NCBI GenBank assembly: GCA_963751455.1
Contig: CAVVUN010000009.1
Coordinates: 288,001 to 352,000, forward strand
DNA length: 64,000 bases
Reading direction: 5' to 3'
From: Nitrospirota bacterium
GTDB lineage: Bacteria > Nitrospirota > UBA9217
Shown here: one piece after another, positions 8,538 to 19,682 of the stretch
Position numbering within the stretch: position 1 is the first letter of the stretch
Layout: every line of letters starts with the position of its first letter
Translations under genes and position numbers: made by a program
The notes under the pieces: generated by a model
Told to the model about the DNA's origin: nothing
The model's database searches: none
What the model saw: the letters and a program-made list of their open reading frames with translations, nothing else

Positions 8538-8676
8538 GAAAGTTGTGTTATTGTATCAGGCGTCGTAAGGGCATGTCAAATACTCGATTATGAATAGGAA
8601 ACAGAAAACTAAGCCAAAAAAATCCGTTCCACGGCCGAAAACATGGAACGGGACCCGGGTTTTGATTACTTTTTCC

Positions 8677-8706
8677 TTGACAACTCCATGACTTACATGC
8701 TATTTT
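8677..8706 (+). promoter_or_regulatory. sigma70-type promoter for rplU-rpmA
   Basis: TTGACA-18 nt-TATTTT with a TG extension. Confidence 0.55.
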
Positions 8707-8759
8707 ACGTGCTCTTCACGAGAAAAGAGACAGGATTACAACCAAGGAGGGTTGAGCAC

Positions 8760-9071
8760 ATGTATGCAGTTATCGCTTCCGGAGGAAAACAATATAAAGT
8801 TGCCCCCGGTGATATTGTCAGAATAGAATGCATTGAAGCCAAAAAGGGCGATACCATCGAGATCAAGGACGTTTATATGATCGCTGACGGCGACAAGATA
8901 TCCGTGGGCAAACCCATGCTTGCGTCCGCAAAGGTCACGGCCGAAGTCATGGGCGACGGGAGAGGCGAGAAACTTCTTATATTCAAACACCGCCGACGGA
9001 AGGGGTACCGCAGGACGAACGGTCACCGCCAGAATTTTACGGCGATCAAAGTGAAGGAAATAACAGCATAA
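8760..9071 (+). CDS. rplU: 50S ribosomal protein L21
   Basis: MYAVIASGGKQYKV...GHRQNFT; SD AAGGAGG upstream. Confidence 0.97.
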   Translation: MYAVIASGGKQYKVAPGDIVRIECIEAKKGDTIEIKDVYMIADGDKISVGKPMLASAKVTAEVMGDGRGEKLLIFKHRRRKGYRRTNGHRQNFTAIKVKEITA

Positions 9072-9073
9072 AT

Positions 9074-9158
9074 TCAGGAATCAGGAGGCAGTGAGTCAGG
9101 AGTCAGGAAAAAAATGAGACATTTTTCCCGGGCTTCTGAATACTGACTTCTGTCTCCT
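9074..9158. repeat. Heptamer tandem repeats in inverted arrangement
   Basis: About five TCAGGA(A/G)-like units at 9074-9109, facing TTCTGAA/TACTGAC/TTCTGTC at 9134-9158. Confidence 0.7.
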
Positions 9159-9181
9159 TGTTCAATCCGGAGGATATCAGA

Positions 9182-9442
9182 ATGGCACATAAAAAGGGAG
9201 TCGGCAGTTCGAGGAACGGAAGAGACAGCAATCCCCAATATCTGGGCGTAAAGCGGTATGCAGGCGAAAAAGTGCTCGCGGGCACAATCCTCGTGCGGCA
9301 GCGCGGCACCAAATTTCACCCCGGAATGAACGTGGGCAAGGGCAGCGACGATACTCTTTTCGCAAAGATAAACGGTGTGGTGAAATTCGAAAAATACGAC
9401 AGAACACGTAAACAAATAAGCGTATACGAAGCGGCTTCGTAA
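9182..9442 (+). CDS. rpmA: 50S ribosomal protein L27
   Basis: [30 protein letters not shown]. Confidence 0.97.
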   Translation: MAHKKGVGSSRNGRDSNPQYLGVKRYAGEKVLAGTILVRQRGTKFHPGMNVGKGSDDTLFAKINGVVKFEKYDRTRKQISVYEAAS

Positions 9443-9466
9443 GAGCTTTCGAAAAGCATTTCGCAA

Positions 9467-9499
9467 GGCGGCATTAAACCATGCCGCCCTTTTTATTTT
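9467..9499 (+). terminator. Rho-independent terminator
   Basis: GGCGGCAT/ATGCCGCC stem followed by a T-tract. Confidence 0.8.
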
Positions 9500-9734
9500 G
9501 ACCCTGTTCGCACAGGTTCCTTTTCATCTCCTGCCCGAGCCTCCTCAAGGGAGGCGGAGACCTCCAAAAAATAACGCGACTCGCGCAGCCCGCGTCGTAT
9601 TCTTTCCCCGTTTTTAGCCGGGAAACTCCGAGCTCCGGGATTGACTCTTGCATTTTCATGCATAACTCTGTATATTCTTTACATAATCTCAATGATCTGA
9701 CCCCCCTCCGGTTCAGGGGAGAGAGCGTATCATC

Positions 9735-10772
9735 ATGTCCAATTTTATAGACCGGGTTAAGATCAACATAAAAGCAGGCCATGGCGGACCGGGCGCCATC
9801 AGTTTCAGGCGTGAAGCATATGTGCCCCGGGGCGGACCTGACGGAGGAAACGGCGGCAAAGGCGGAGATATCATTATCCGCGCCGACAGCCAGCTCGGGA
9901 CGCTTATCGATCTCAGGTACCAGCAGAACTATTTTGCCAAAAACGGCGTACAGGGCAGCGGCAAACAGTCGTCGGGAGCGGATGCGGATGACATCATAAT
10001 CCGGGTCCCCGTCGGGACGCTGATCTATGAGGCAGAGACCAGAGAACTGATCTCCGATCTTGACGCCGATGGCAAAGAATTCATGGCTGCCAGGGCGGGC
10101 AGAGGCGGCAAAGGAAACGCTTTTTTCAAGAGCGCGACGCATCAGGCGCCGCGGTTCGCGCAGCCCGGAGAACCAGGCGAGGAAAAAACCCTGTTCCTTG
10201 AGCTGAAGCTCCTCGCCGATGTGGGGCTTGTCGGTTTTCCGAATGCGGGCAAATCGACGCTCATCTCGCGCATTTCAGCTGCCAAACCAAAGATAGCGGA
10301 CTATCCGTTTACTACACTGACACCGGTGCTTGGCGTCGTGAAACCGGAAGGCAGGAAGAGTTTTGTGGTTGCCGATATTCCGGGCTTGATCGAGAATGCC
10401 CATAAGGGAGCAGGACTGGGGTTCGAATTCCTGCGGCATGTGGAACGAACATCCATTCTCCTTCACCTGGTCGACGTGTCCGGGCTCGTTCCCGGCGGTC
10501 CCGTTGAGAACTTCAAGAAGATCAATAAGGAGCTTGAACTTTACAGCCCGGAGCTGCTCCGCAAATTCATGGCAGTAGCGGCAACCAAGATAGACGCCGC
10601 TGAGCCGGAAAAACTGAATGAACTGGCGGAATTCTGCCGTGCGGAGGGACTGGATTTTTTCCCGGTCTCCGCTGTTACCGGCGCCGGGCTCGAACCGCTG
10701 ATCGGCTTTCTTGCCGGGACGGTCGAAGCGAATAAAAAAGTGACGGTGAGCGATATCGGACAACCTGACTAA
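9735..10772 (+). CDS. obgE: GTPase Obg/CgtA
   Basis: Gly-rich Obg fold (PRGGPDGGNGG), GFPNAGKS, YPFTTL, DIPG; TTGCAT-17-TATATT promoter at 9648-9676. Confidence 0.97.
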   Translation: MSNFIDRVKINIKAGHGGPGAISFRREAYVPRGGPDGGNGGKGGDIIIRADSQLGTLIDLRYQQNYFAKNGVQGSGKQSSGADADDIIIRVPVGTLIYEAETRELISDLDADGKEFMAARAGRGGKGNAFFKSATHQAPRFAQPGEPGEEKTLFLELKLLADVGLVGFPNAGKSTLISRISAAKPKIADYPFTTLTPVLGVVKPEGRKSFVVADIPGLIENAHKGAGLGFEFLRHVERTSILLHLVDVSGLVPGGPVENFKKINKELELYSPELLRKFMAVAATKIDAAEPEKLNELAEFCRAEGLDFFPVSAVTGAGLEPLIGFLAGTVEANKKVTVSDIGQPD

Positions 10773-10862
10773 AGAAATGAAATCTGATTCGGGGACCCGC
10801 CCTGGATTCTTGTCGCCCTGCTCCCCCGATTTTCTCTCTTTAATTTAAAAGCTGTTTTCTGA

Positions 10863-11930
10863 ATGAAATCAACACAGAAAAAAATCCTGGTAATGCGTTA
10901 CCGTTTCATAGGCGACACGGTCCTGACCGTGCCGTTTCTGCGAAACCTGCGCAAGGCCGAACCGCATGCCGCAATTACGTGGATGGTCGCCCCGGGTTCA
11001 TCCGATGCAGTATCAGGGATACCGTATGTAGATCATCTGTTGTACTGGGACCCGGTTACCATACACGCGGACAGCAGGGGCGCTCATCGAACACTCTCAT
11101 CAAAGCTGACGTTCATCAAAGAACTGCGGAAGGAGCGCTTTGACAAGGTTTACGTGCTCAAGCGGTCATTGTCCAGCGCAATCATCGCCTGGTTAAGCGG
11201 CGCGCCGGAGCGGGTAGGCTTCGATACAGAGGGGCGAGGGTGCCTGCTGACCCGGAGGGTCGCTTACCGGCACGATCGTCATGAAGTCATGAACTTTCTG
11301 GCTGTTTTGAACGAAGACGGAGTGAAGGTCCATGACGATTTTCTGGAAATATGGTCAACGCCCGAGGAAGAACTAAAAACTCAGGACAGAATCACCCGGA
11401 GCGGAATCAACGCTTCTGCGCAGTTCGCCGTAATCCATCCGTTTTCCGCAGTTGTCGAGCGCGGATGGCCGCTCGAAAACTTTGCTGAACTGGCTTCACG
11501 GCTAAACGCTGACACCGGGTGCAGGGTGATCGTCGTTGGCGGGCCGGGTGACAGGGAGACCTTCGCACGGGTTCGTGCTGTGTTCGGGCCTGATATCGTG
11601 GATCTCGTCGGCAAATGCAGTATGCGTGAAACGATCGCCCTGTTGCGGCGAAGCAGCCTCTTTATCGGAAACGACAGCGGCGTTATGCATCTTGCCTCAG
11701 CAGCAGGGGTTCCGCTCGTGGCGCTCTTCGGCCCTCAATCGCCGGTTAAATTCGGGCCGTGGAGCAAGCGGGCAAAAGTAATATATAAAGGAATGAACTG
11801 CTCGCCCTGCAGACAGAAGTTTTTTAGCGAATGTTCGCCGTCTTCGCGAATGAGGCCGGCATGCATGGAAAACATTTCAGTAGAGGAAGTTTTTCAGGAA
11901 TGTATCAAGATTGCCGACTTAAAGCCTTGA
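10863..11930 (+). CDS. waaF: GT9 lipopolysaccharide heptosyltransferase (WaaF-like)
   Basis: IGDTVL..P, GNDSGVMHLA..VPLVALFGP, C-terminal Cys cluster. Confidence 0.75.
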   Translation: MKSTQKKILVMRYRFIGDTVLTVPFLRNLRKAEPHAAITWMVAPGSSDAVSGIPYVDHLLYWDPVTIHADSRGAHRTLSSKLTFIKELRKERFDKVYVLKRSLSSAIIAWLSGAPERVGFDTEGRGCLLTRRVAYRHDRHEVMNFLAVLNEDGVKVHDDFLEIWSTPEEELKTQDRITRSGINASAQFAVIHPFSAVVERGWPLENFAELASRLNADTGCRVIVVGGPGDRETFARVRAVFGPDIVDLVGKCSMRETIALLRRSSLFIGNDSGVMHLASAAGVPLVALFGPQSPVKFGPWSKRAKVIYKGMNCSPCRQKFFSECSPSSRMRPACMENISVEEVFQECIKIADLKP

Positions 11931-11970
11931 GCCGCAGCAGTAACTCACAAAGTAGAAAGTTAGCCTGAAC

Positions 11971-12008
11971 AATTTGCACTTTGCAATTTGAAATTTGCAA
12001 TATGCAAT
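11971..12008. repeat. Heptamer tandem repeat (AATTTGC-like x5)
   Basis: AATTTGC ACTTTGC AATTTGA AATTTGC AATATGC in the spacer before the GT2 gene. Confidence 0.75.
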
Positions 12009-12016
12009 AAATCTTT

Positions 12017-12790
12017 ATGACCCATAAACTGTCAGTCGCCATTATTACCCTGAACGAAGAAGCGAACATTCGTCGTACGCTGGAAAGCGTGAAATGGGCG
12101 GATGAAATCGTTGTTATCGATTCGGGCAGCTCCGATAAGACCGTTTCAATATGCCGCGAGTATACGGATAAGGTGCTTCTTCAGCCGTGGCTGGGCTTTG
12201 CGGCCCAGAAGAATTTCGCCATCGATCGAACTACAGGTGACTGGATCCTGAGCCTTGATGCTGATGAACCGATAGAGCCGATGCTTGCGGATGAAATCCG
12301 TGCCATTATTTCCTCTGCGACAGCATTCGACGGCTACCACATCCCCCGAAAAACGTTTTTTCTCAGAAGGCAGATGCGGTACGGCGGCTGGTATCCGGAT
12401 TATAATCTTCGGTTGTTCCGCCAGGGAAAAGGCAGGTTCGAGGAAAGGGCAGTCCATGAGGCAGTCAAAGTCGCTGGAACTGTCGGACAGACCCGGAATG
12501 CAATCAATCACCATGCTTATCCGGACCTTGCCGGCTACATGTCCTCGATTAACAGATATTCCTCACTGGCCGTGAACGTAATGGCTGAAAAGGGCATTTC
12601 CGGCTTCAAGACAAGCTGGATCAATATCGCCGGCCGGCCGGTTTTTACGTTCATCTTTAAATATTTCTTTCGCCTCGGGTTCCTTGACGGGAAAGCAGGA
12701 CTCCTGCTCAATCTTTTCCATTCTTATTATGTGTTCGCAAAATATGCCAAGGCGTGGGAATATAAAAAACGCATAGGGCATAGCGCATAG
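12017..12790 (+). CDS. GT2 glycosyltransferase (WaaE/KdtX-like, LPS core)
   Basis: IITLNEE, DSGSSDKT, WILSLDADE, GFLDG motifs. Confidence 0.9.
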   Translation: MTHKLSVAIITLNEEANIRRTLESVKWADEIVVIDSGSSDKTVSICREYTDKVLLQPWLGFAAQKNFAIDRTTGDWILSLDADEPIEPMLADEIRAIISSATAFDGYHIPRKTFFLRRQMRYGGWYPDYNLRLFRQGKGRFEERAVHEAVKVAGTVGQTRNAINHHAYPDLAGYMSSINRYSSLAVNVMAEKGISGFKTSWINIAGRPVFTFIFKYFFRLGFLDGKAGLLLNLFHSYYVFAKYAKAWEYKKRIGHSA

Positions 12791-12835
12791 CGCAGGTTCT
12801 TTGTTCTACGCGCGCTGCGGCATACGGCTAATATC

Positions 12836-13936
12836 ATGAAGATTCTGTTTGTGAACAATTCACGGGGCCGGGGCGGCGGAGAGGAATTTCTTCGAGATCT
12901 GCTGCCCGGTCTCTGTAATAAGGGCATTGATGTCGGGCTTCTCTGCAGGCCGGATACCCCTCTTACCGAAATGTTCAAAAGCAGCAGGATCAAAGTGCAT
13001 CCACTGGAACGCTCCGGACGTCATGCGCTGACCGCCGTCTTTAAAACCGCCTCCATCATTCGATCCGGCGGATACGACATTATCAATATACAGCGACGCC
13101 ACGATATACTCCAGGCTTTGCTGGCGGTCCGGCTTTCCGCCAGATCTCCTCACTTGCTGTATACCGTGCAGGTGCCGGAATTCATGAAGTCTCTTTTTAT
13201 CCTTTCCCGCATGAAAAAGATTGTCACCATCTCACGCCATATCAGGGACCGGATGACATCCGGCTTTCCGGAAATAGCGCCGAGAATCAGAATCATCCAC
13301 TACGGTATAGACCTTGATAAGTTCAAACCCTCGACAATCAGTCGAGGCCGGTTGCGAAAACGGTTCGGGCTGGAACAGGATACTAGAATTATAGGCTCCG
13401 TCGGAGACCTCTGGAAAAACCAGATTGAATTTCTTGATGCGCTCGTACTTATCAGAAAAGAAATTCCGGGCGCCCGGTACGCACTTGTGGCTGCGGAATC
13501 GGGAAGCGGTCATGTCGAAGAGTTCAAACAGCGGGCATCAGCGCTCTGCGTTTCGGATGCACTTCTATGGACCGGGCGGCTGTCCAAGGACGACATGCTC
13601 TCATTTTATTCCGACATCGATGTCGCCGTTAACACTCATCGCAATGAAGGTTTCGGCATCTGGGTGCTGGAAGCACTGGCGGCAGGCACTCCCGTCGTTT
13701 CGGTGAACGAAGGAGGCGTCCGCGATTCGCTCGATGGCTGTCCCGCAGGAGCGCTCGTGGATGGCGGTGCAGATGCCATGGCGCGCGAAGTGATCAGGAT
13801 ACTGGATGACAGGTCCGTGCATAGGCGTATGGCTGAGGCGGGACCCCGCTGGACATCCGAAAGATTCAGTCGGGAACGGATGGTCGGCGACTACTTTGAA
13901 TTCTTCCAGCACTTGGAGGAGAACTTGAACAGCTGA
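12836..13936 (+). CDS. GT4 glycosyltransferase
   Basis: GGGE N-terminal motif; EGFGIWVLEALAAGTP (EX7E). Confidence 0.9.
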   Translation: MKILFVNNSRGRGGGEEFLRDLLPGLCNKGIDVGLLCRPDTPLTEMFKSSRIKVHPLERSGRHALTAVFKTASIIRSGGYDIINIQRRHDILQALLAVRLSARSPHLLYTVQVPEFMKSLFILSRMKKIVTISRHIRDRMTSGFPEIAPRIRIIHYGIDLDKFKPSTISRGRLRKRFGLEQDTRIIGSVGDLWKNQIEFLDALVLIRKEIPGARYALVAAESGSGHVEEFKQRASALCVSDALLWTGRLSKDDMLSFYSDIDVAVNTHRNEGFGIWVLEALAAGTPVVSVNEGGVRDSLDGCPAGALVDGGADAMAREVIRILDDRSVHRRMAEAGPRWTSERFSRERMVGDYFEFFQHLEENLNS

Positions 13937-13962
13937 TGCAAGAAGAACTCAGGAGAACGGCA

Positions 13963-15096
13963 ATGAAAATTCTGTATATTTCGAACGGATCAAATTTTTT
14001 GAGTGCAGGCGGAATGGAATATCATATGATCGACGTCACCGAATGGCTGAAAAAGAAAGGTGTTCAGTCGGCAATGGCCATACGGAAGGGTACCTTCATG
14101 CATAAAAATCTTGTGTCTGACAGACCGAACATCTACCCGCTGTCGTGGACCGGCCCGGCGAAAATTATTTCTTTTTTACAGGTTGCCCGTGCGATTATTG
14201 ACTTTTCTCCGGACATCATTTCTATTAACAGAGAACGGGACATAAAGCGTATTTATTACATCGTCAAGTTCATGGAGCTCTTCTTAAAGAATAAAATCAA
14301 ACTCATCTCAATATTTCAAAATGTGGGATGGAGAAGCTCTTTCAAACTGGAGAAGCTTGACGGGCTTATTTTTCTCAACGATTACACGAAGCAGGATTAC
14401 ATTTCCTGGAATAAAGGTGCAGAAAACAAGTCAGTAACCATAAATTACGGAATCCATCTGCCCGAAGTCGATCGCCAAGAAAAGTCCAAATTGAACAGAG
14501 CGCGTAAATTTTTCAAGGGTACAGGGTTCCCGTTGATCGGCATGGTGGGCGAATTCCGCAAAAACCAGACCGAATTGATCGACGTGGCTTGCCATCTAAA
14601 GAAAAAACTGCCCGATTTTACCATTGCCTTCATCGGGAGAGGGACAGAGGAAGAGACGAGGCCGCTGAAGGATAAAATAGAACGAATGGGCTTGACGAAA
14701 AACTTCGTTTTTACCGGCAGAGTTGACAAAGAGCGCATACCGGACATTTTTTACGACCTGGATGTGTCCGTCACAACAAACCGGTCTGAGGCTTTCGGCT
14801 TGGTTTTTATAGAATCGCTTGCTTCGTGTACGCCCCTCGTAGCGTATAATTCGGGTGGTCCCGTCGAAATTCTTGAAAAAGGAGGCGGCCTCCTGGTATC
14901 CGGCGGTCCGGAGGAAATGGCTGACAAACTTTTCACGATCGTCTCCGATCATGATTTAAGAAACTCGCTGGGTGCGGCCGGACGAGACATTGCGGAAAGA
15001 TACTTCAGCATCAACGCAATGGGGGAAAGGCATTTTAATTATTATTCTGAAATTCTCGGAAAGGCTTATGTACGCCAGAGCCTTGCAGCGGGGTAG
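13963..15096 (+). CDS. GT4 glycosyltransferase
   Basis: GGME; EAFGLVFIESLAS (EX7E). Confidence 0.9.
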   Translation: MKILYISNGSNFLSAGGMEYHMIDVTEWLKKKGVQSAMAIRKGTFMHKNLVSDRPNIYPLSWTGPAKIISFLQVARAIIDFSPDIISINRERDIKRIYYIVKFMELFLKNKIKLISIFQNVGWRSSFKLEKLDGLIFLNDYTKQDYISWNKGAENKSVTINYGIHLPEVDRQEKSKLNRARKFFKGTGFPLIGMVGEFRKNQTELIDVACHLKKKLPDFTIAFIGRGTEEETRPLKDKIERMGLTKNFVFTGRVDKERIPDIFYDLDVSVTTNRSEAFGLVFIESLASCTPLVAYNSGGPVEILEKGGGLLVSGGPEEMADKLFTIVSDHDLRNSLGAAGRDIAERYFSINAMGERHFNYYSEILGKAYVRQSLAAG

Positions 15097-15118
15097 ATTT
15101 GTTGCGATTGGATAAAGA

Positions 15119-17341
15119 ATGTCTTTAAGCATATTAATGATGATTTCAAAAAACGACCGTTACGGCGCCCAGCGTGTTTTTCTGGACCAGGTTTCCAGTA
15201 TGCACCGCATGGGACATTCCGTCGTGGTGGTCGGCCGGGGCACTGAAGGTTTTGTAACCGAATCAGTCCTTGCCATGGGTGTGGAGTATCACGGCATATC
15301 CATGAGCAAGGTGAACGATTTGTTCTTTCTGATGCGCCTCGTGAAAAACAAAAATATCGACATCATCCATACTGCGCTCGATCGGGCCGATTATTTCGGA
15401 ATCCTGTTGTCCAGGTGCACCGGCAAACCGGTCATCACTACGATGAACGTGAAGCGGTCCCACCTGGGGCACAGGCTGGCAGACAGAGTTATAACAGTTT
15501 CGCGTCAACAAAAGATCTTACTCATAAAAAAAGGCGTGAATGCCGGCAAGGTGCACATGGTTCGCCCCGGGATAGACATTGACCGTTTTTGCCGCCCCGA
15601 TCCCGGAAAGCGCCAATTCTGGAAGCAAAAACTGAACCGCGACACGCACAGCATTGTCTTCTGCCATATCTCAAGCATGCTGCCCCAGAAAAACCATTCG
15701 GTCTCTATAGATCTTGTGGATTCATGCAGAAAGCGGGGAGAAGAGCCGCTCCTGATTATTGCGGGCGGTCCGCTCGAGGGCGAATATTATACATCGCTGA
15801 AAAAAAAGATTTCGGATTCGGGACTCGACAAGAATGTATATTTTACCGGGTGGACCAGGGACCTGCCGGAGCTGCTTTCTTTGAGCCATTTTACGCTTCT
15901 CCCCTCGGTCCATGAAGCACTCGGCATGGTTTTGATCGAGGGTATGGCTGCGGGGACCCCTATCGTGGCATGCAAGGGCGAAGGCGGAGCCGAACTGATT
16001 GAAGATTACGAAACGGGTTTCCTGTACGATACCGGGGAAGGCGTTCCTCGGCTGGCGGAACGGCTTATGGCGCTGTACAGCGACAGAACGCGATATGCAG
16101 CCCTCTCTGATAAATGCCGAAATCTGGCGCGGAATGAATTGTCCCTCGACCGGTTCGGAGAACACCTTTTACGAGTGTATAGTGAGGTCGTGACTATACC
16201 GCGCGTCTTCTCTGACCGGCGAGATCGGATACATACCTCTGACACTCAGCGAAAAGACAAACAATCGCTGCGTATTCTGCAAATAATATCCAAAAATGAC
16301 CGGTATGGGGCTCAAAGGATCTTTCTGGATCAGATATCGACTCTTCATGCCATGGGCAACCAGGTGACCGTCGTAGGTAGGGGCACAGAAGGGTTTGTCT
16401 CGGATTCAGTACGCAATATCGGCATACCCTACCACGGTATTCCGATGAACGGAATCGGCGACATTCATTTCGTGCGTCGTCTGATAAAAGAGCATAATAT
16501 TGATGTTATACACACTACCCTTGACCGAGCCGATACCCTGGGTCTACTCGCTTCTCCGTTCCTTGGTTGTCCCGTTATAAGCACCATGATGGTGCCGCGG
16601 GTGCACCTCGGCTTTCGGTACATGGACCGCGTGATTGCCTTGAGCCGCAAGCTTCAGGTATTGCTGAAACAGAAAGGGGTCGACCCGTCGAGAATTGAAG
16701 TAATACGGCCCGGCGTGAATGTTGAGCGGTTCACCAACCTGGACGAACAGAAGCGGAAGAGTTGGTACGAGAGGGTCCGGAGAGAGCGATATAGTATCGT
16801 TTTTTGCCATATCGCGAGTATGATCCCGAGAAAAGCCCATTGCGTATCACTCGAACTCGCGGATGCCTGCAAAAAACGGGGAGAAGAACCTCTCCTTATC
16901 ATAGTAGGAGATCCCCTTCGCGGTTCCTATTACGAATCCTTTATCAACCTGGTCAATGATAAAGGACTTGCGGGAAACGTCTTCTTTACAGGCTGGACAT
17001 CGGAAATTCCAGAAATATTGTCGCTCAGCCACTTCACGGTGCTTCCATCCGAAAATGAAGCTCTCGGTGTTGCGCTTATGGAAGGGATGGCCGCAGGCAC
17101 CCCGATTATTGCACGGTCGGACGAAGGCGGTGCGGAGCTTATTGATGATTACGGAACAGGATTCGTGTTCAGGCCCGATAAAGGTGTGGAAAATCTTGCC
17201 GTGGAACTGTTGGACACTTACCGGAAACCGGGCCGCTACAGGGAACTGTCCGCCCGATGCACCACGACGTCGATCTCGGAATTTTCGATGGAAAAATTCG
17301 GCAAGCGGCTGACCGATCTTTATGCCCGGGCCGGCCTCTAG
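15119..17341 (+). CDS. Tandem double GT4 glycosyltransferase
   Basis: Two homologous halves, each starting ISKNDRYGAQR and each with an EX7E motif (EALGMVLIE, EALGVALME). Confidence 0.9.
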   Translation: MSLSILMMISKNDRYGAQRVFLDQVSSMHRMGHSVVVVGRGTEGFVTESVLAMGVEYHGISMSKVNDLFFLMRLVKNKNIDIIHTALDRADYFGILLSRCTGKPVITTMNVKRSHLGHRLADRVITVSRQQKILLIKKGVNAGKVHMVRPGIDIDRFCRPDPGKRQFWKQKLNRDTHSIVFCHISSMLPQKNHSVSIDLVDSCRKRGEEPLLIIAGGPLEGEYYTSLKKKISDSGLDKNVYFTGWTRDLPELLSLSHFTLLPSVHEALGMVLIEGMAAGTPIVACKGEGGAELIEDYETGFLYDTGEGVPRLAERLMALYSDRTRYAALSDKCRNLARNELSLDRFGEHLLRVYSEVVTIPRVFSDRRDRIHTSDTQRKDKQSLRILQIISKNDRYGAQRIFLDQISTLHAMGNQVTVVGRGTEGFVSDSVRNIGIPYHGIPMNGIGDIHFVRRLIKEHNIDVIHTTLDRADTLGLLASPFLGCPVISTMMVPRVHLGFRYMDRVIALSRKLQVLLKQKGVDPSRIEVIRPGVNVERFTNLDEQKRKSWYERVRRERYSIVFCHIASMIPRKAHCVSLELADACKKRGEEPLLIIVGDPLRGSYYESFINLVNDKGLAGNVFFTGWTSEIPEILSLSHFTVLPSENEALGVALMEGMAAGTPIIARSDEGGAELIDDYGTGFVFRPDKGVENLAVELLDTYRKPGRYRELSARCTTTSISEFSMEKFGKRLTDLYARAGL

Positions 17342-17584
17342 TTCCTGTCGCATTGAGCAAGCTTCAGCTATAATATTGTCTCCATCCCTCGCTGCCCTGA
17401 TTACCGATCAAGTGTAAATACAATCAGAGCTGCCCCGGCTATCTCGACCTGCCTTCATTTTTCAAAATGCCTGGATTTCCGCCAAGTAATATCAATTTAA
17501 AACTTTACTTTCATTAAATAATATTGTAATATTATCAGCCTATTAGGGAATTACCAGTTCGTCAGTTCGAGGAGAAGGGTGAAC

Positions 17585-18718
17585 ATGAAACGAGCTCTCA
17601 TAACGGGAATCACCGGACAGGACGGTTCATATCTTGCGGAGTTTCTTTTATCGAAAGGGTATGAAGTCCACGGGCTCATTCGCCGTGCAAGCACTTTCAA
17701 CACTGGAAGAATAGATCATGTCTACACCGACCCCCATGTCAGGGGGACCAGGCTGTTTTTGCACTACGGCGATCTTGCCGATGCGGGACAATTGACCCAC
17801 ATCATTTACAACATCAAACCGGATGAAGTATACAACCTCGCTGCACAAAGCCATGTAAGGGTCAGCTTTGACATGCCGGAATATACCGGAGATATTGTAG
17901 GCCTCGGCACGACCAGACTTCTGGAAACAATCCAAAAGAGCGGCATTCAGGCAAAATACTACCAGGCGTCTTCATCTGAGATGTTCGGCGCTGCCAAGCC
18001 GCCGCAAAATGAGAATACGGTCTTTTACCCGCGAAGCCCTTATGCCGCGGCAAAGGTATATGCATACTGGATCACGGTAAATTACCGTGAAGGCTACAAG
18101 ATGTTTGCCTGTAACGGGATATTATTCAATCACGAATCCCCCAGGCGGGGCGAAACTTTCGTAACGAGAAAAATATCCAGGGCGGTTGGCTCGATTCTAG
18201 CCGGAAAGCAGGAAAAACTGTATTTGGGCAATTTAAGCGCAAAGAGAGACTGGGGCTTTGCGCCGGAATATGTCGAATGTCAATGGCTGATACTGCAGCA
18301 GAACACGCCTGATGATTACGTGATCGGCACAGGTGAGAGTCACACGGTTCGTGAATTCGTCGAGCTTGCATTTCACTATACCGGTGTTGAAATAGAGTGG
18401 AAGGGAAAGGGAACAGAAGAAAAAGGGATCGTCCGTTCCGTCAGCCCGGGGACTGCATGGCCTATAAAAACCGGCGATGTTCTCGTAGAGATCGATCCCA
18501 GGTATTTTCGGCCGACGGAAGTCGATTTTCTCCTTGCGGACCCGTCGAAAGCCATGAAACAGCTCGGCTGGGAGCCGAAGATTACCTTCAAGGAACTCGT
18601 AAAAATCATGGTTGACGCGGATATGGAAATGATGGACCTTACCTCCCCCGGTCACGGAGTGAAGACCTTGCACGATAAAGGGATCCACTGGACGAAAAAC
18701 AGGGTCACATTAGGATAG
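17585..18718 (+). CDS. gmd: GDP-mannose 4,6-dehydratase
   Basis: [38 protein letters not shown]. Confidence 0.97.
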   Translation: MKRALITGITGQDGSYLAEFLLSKGYEVHGLIRRASTFNTGRIDHVYTDPHVRGTRLFLHYGDLADAGQLTHIIYNIKPDEVYNLAAQSHVRVSFDMPEYTGDIVGLGTTRLLETIQKSGIQAKYYQASSSEMFGAAKPPQNENTVFYPRSPYAAAKVYAYWITVNYREGYKMFACNGILFNHESPRRGETFVTRKISRAVGSILAGKQEKLYLGNLSAKRDWGFAPEYVECQWLILQQNTPDDYVIGTGESHTVREFVELAFHYTGVEIEWKGKGTEEKGIVRSVSPGTAWPIKTGDVLVEIDPRYFRPTEVDFLLADPSKAMKQLGWEPKITFKELVKIMVDADMEMMDLTSPGHGVKTLHDKGIHWTKNRVTLG

Positions 18719-18743
18719 GAGTAGTCCCTTCCTGGTGCTGCTT

Positions 18744-19682
18744 ATGAACAATTCATCAAAAATATACGTTGCAGGCCACAGGGGACTCGTCGGATCTGCA
18801 CTCATAAAAAAACTCAAGGAACAGGGATACGGGCAGCTGCTCGTCAAAACGAGCCGTGAACTGGACCTGAGACGCCAATCTGCAGTTGAAGACTTTTTTG
18901 AGCATGAAAAACCGGATTATGTTTTTCTTGCCGCCGCCAAAGTAGGCGGCATCCTGGCAAACAACACCTATAAGGCCGAGTTCATTTACGATAATATTAT
19001 GATTGCGGCGAATATTATCAACGCCGCCTATAAATCCGGCGTAAAGAAATTACTCAATCTCGGCTCGTCCTGCATCTATCCGAAGTTTGCGCCTCAGCCA
19101 ATGAAGGAAGAACATCTGTTGACCGGCATTCTTGAGCCCACAAATGAACCGTATGCAATCTCGAAAATAGCCGCCATAAAGCTTTGCCGTTATTACAATG
19201 AGCAGTTTGGAACCAACTTCATATCCGTAATGCCTACGAACCTTTATGGACCGAATGATAATTTCGACTTTGAGACTTCGCATGTGCTTCCAGCATTAAT
19301 CAGGAAATTTCATGAAGCCGGGAAAGTGAATCAGGAATCAGTCGTCCTGTGGGGAACCGGGGAACCGTACAGGGAATTTCTCTACGTTGACGATCTGGCC
19401 GACGCCTGTCTTTTTCTTATGAAACGATACGATTACCGTGATATAGGTGAGTTTATCAATATCGGCACCGGCGAGGACATCAGGATAAAAGACCTCGCGG
19501 AACTCATAAAAAAAATCACCGGTTTCAGCGGAACGATTAAACACGATACCTCGAAACCCGATGGAACCCCCAGGAAACTCCTCGATGTGACGAGAATTTC
19601 CTCACTCGGCTGGAAGCCGAAGATCGACCTGGAAGACGGTATAAGAAGGACATATGAATTTTTCAGGGGAGCGGAGCGATGA
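18744..19682 (+). CDS. fcl: GDP-L-fucose synthase
   Basis: [42 protein letters not shown]. Confidence 0.95.
   Translation: MNNSSKIYVAGHRGLVGSALIKKLKEQGYGQLLVKTSRELDLRRQSAVEDFFEHEKPDYVFLAAAKVGGILANNTYKAEFIYDNIMIAANIINAAYKSGVKKLLNLGSSCIYPKFAPQPMKEEHLLTGILEPTNEPYAISKIAAIKLCRYYNEQFGTNFISVMPTNLYGPNDNFDFETSHVLPALIRKFHEAGKVNQESVVLWGTGEPYREFLYVDDLADACLFLMKRYDYRDIGEFINIGTGEDIRIKDLAELIKKITGFSGTIKHDTSKPDGTPRKLLDVTRISSLGWKPKIDLEDGIRRTYEFFRGAER

Noticed and set aside
9158-9181. N-terminal extension of L27 (Prp-cleaved type)
   Set aside because: No LQFF-like motif and no prp gene; GGAGG is positioned for the ATG at 9182.
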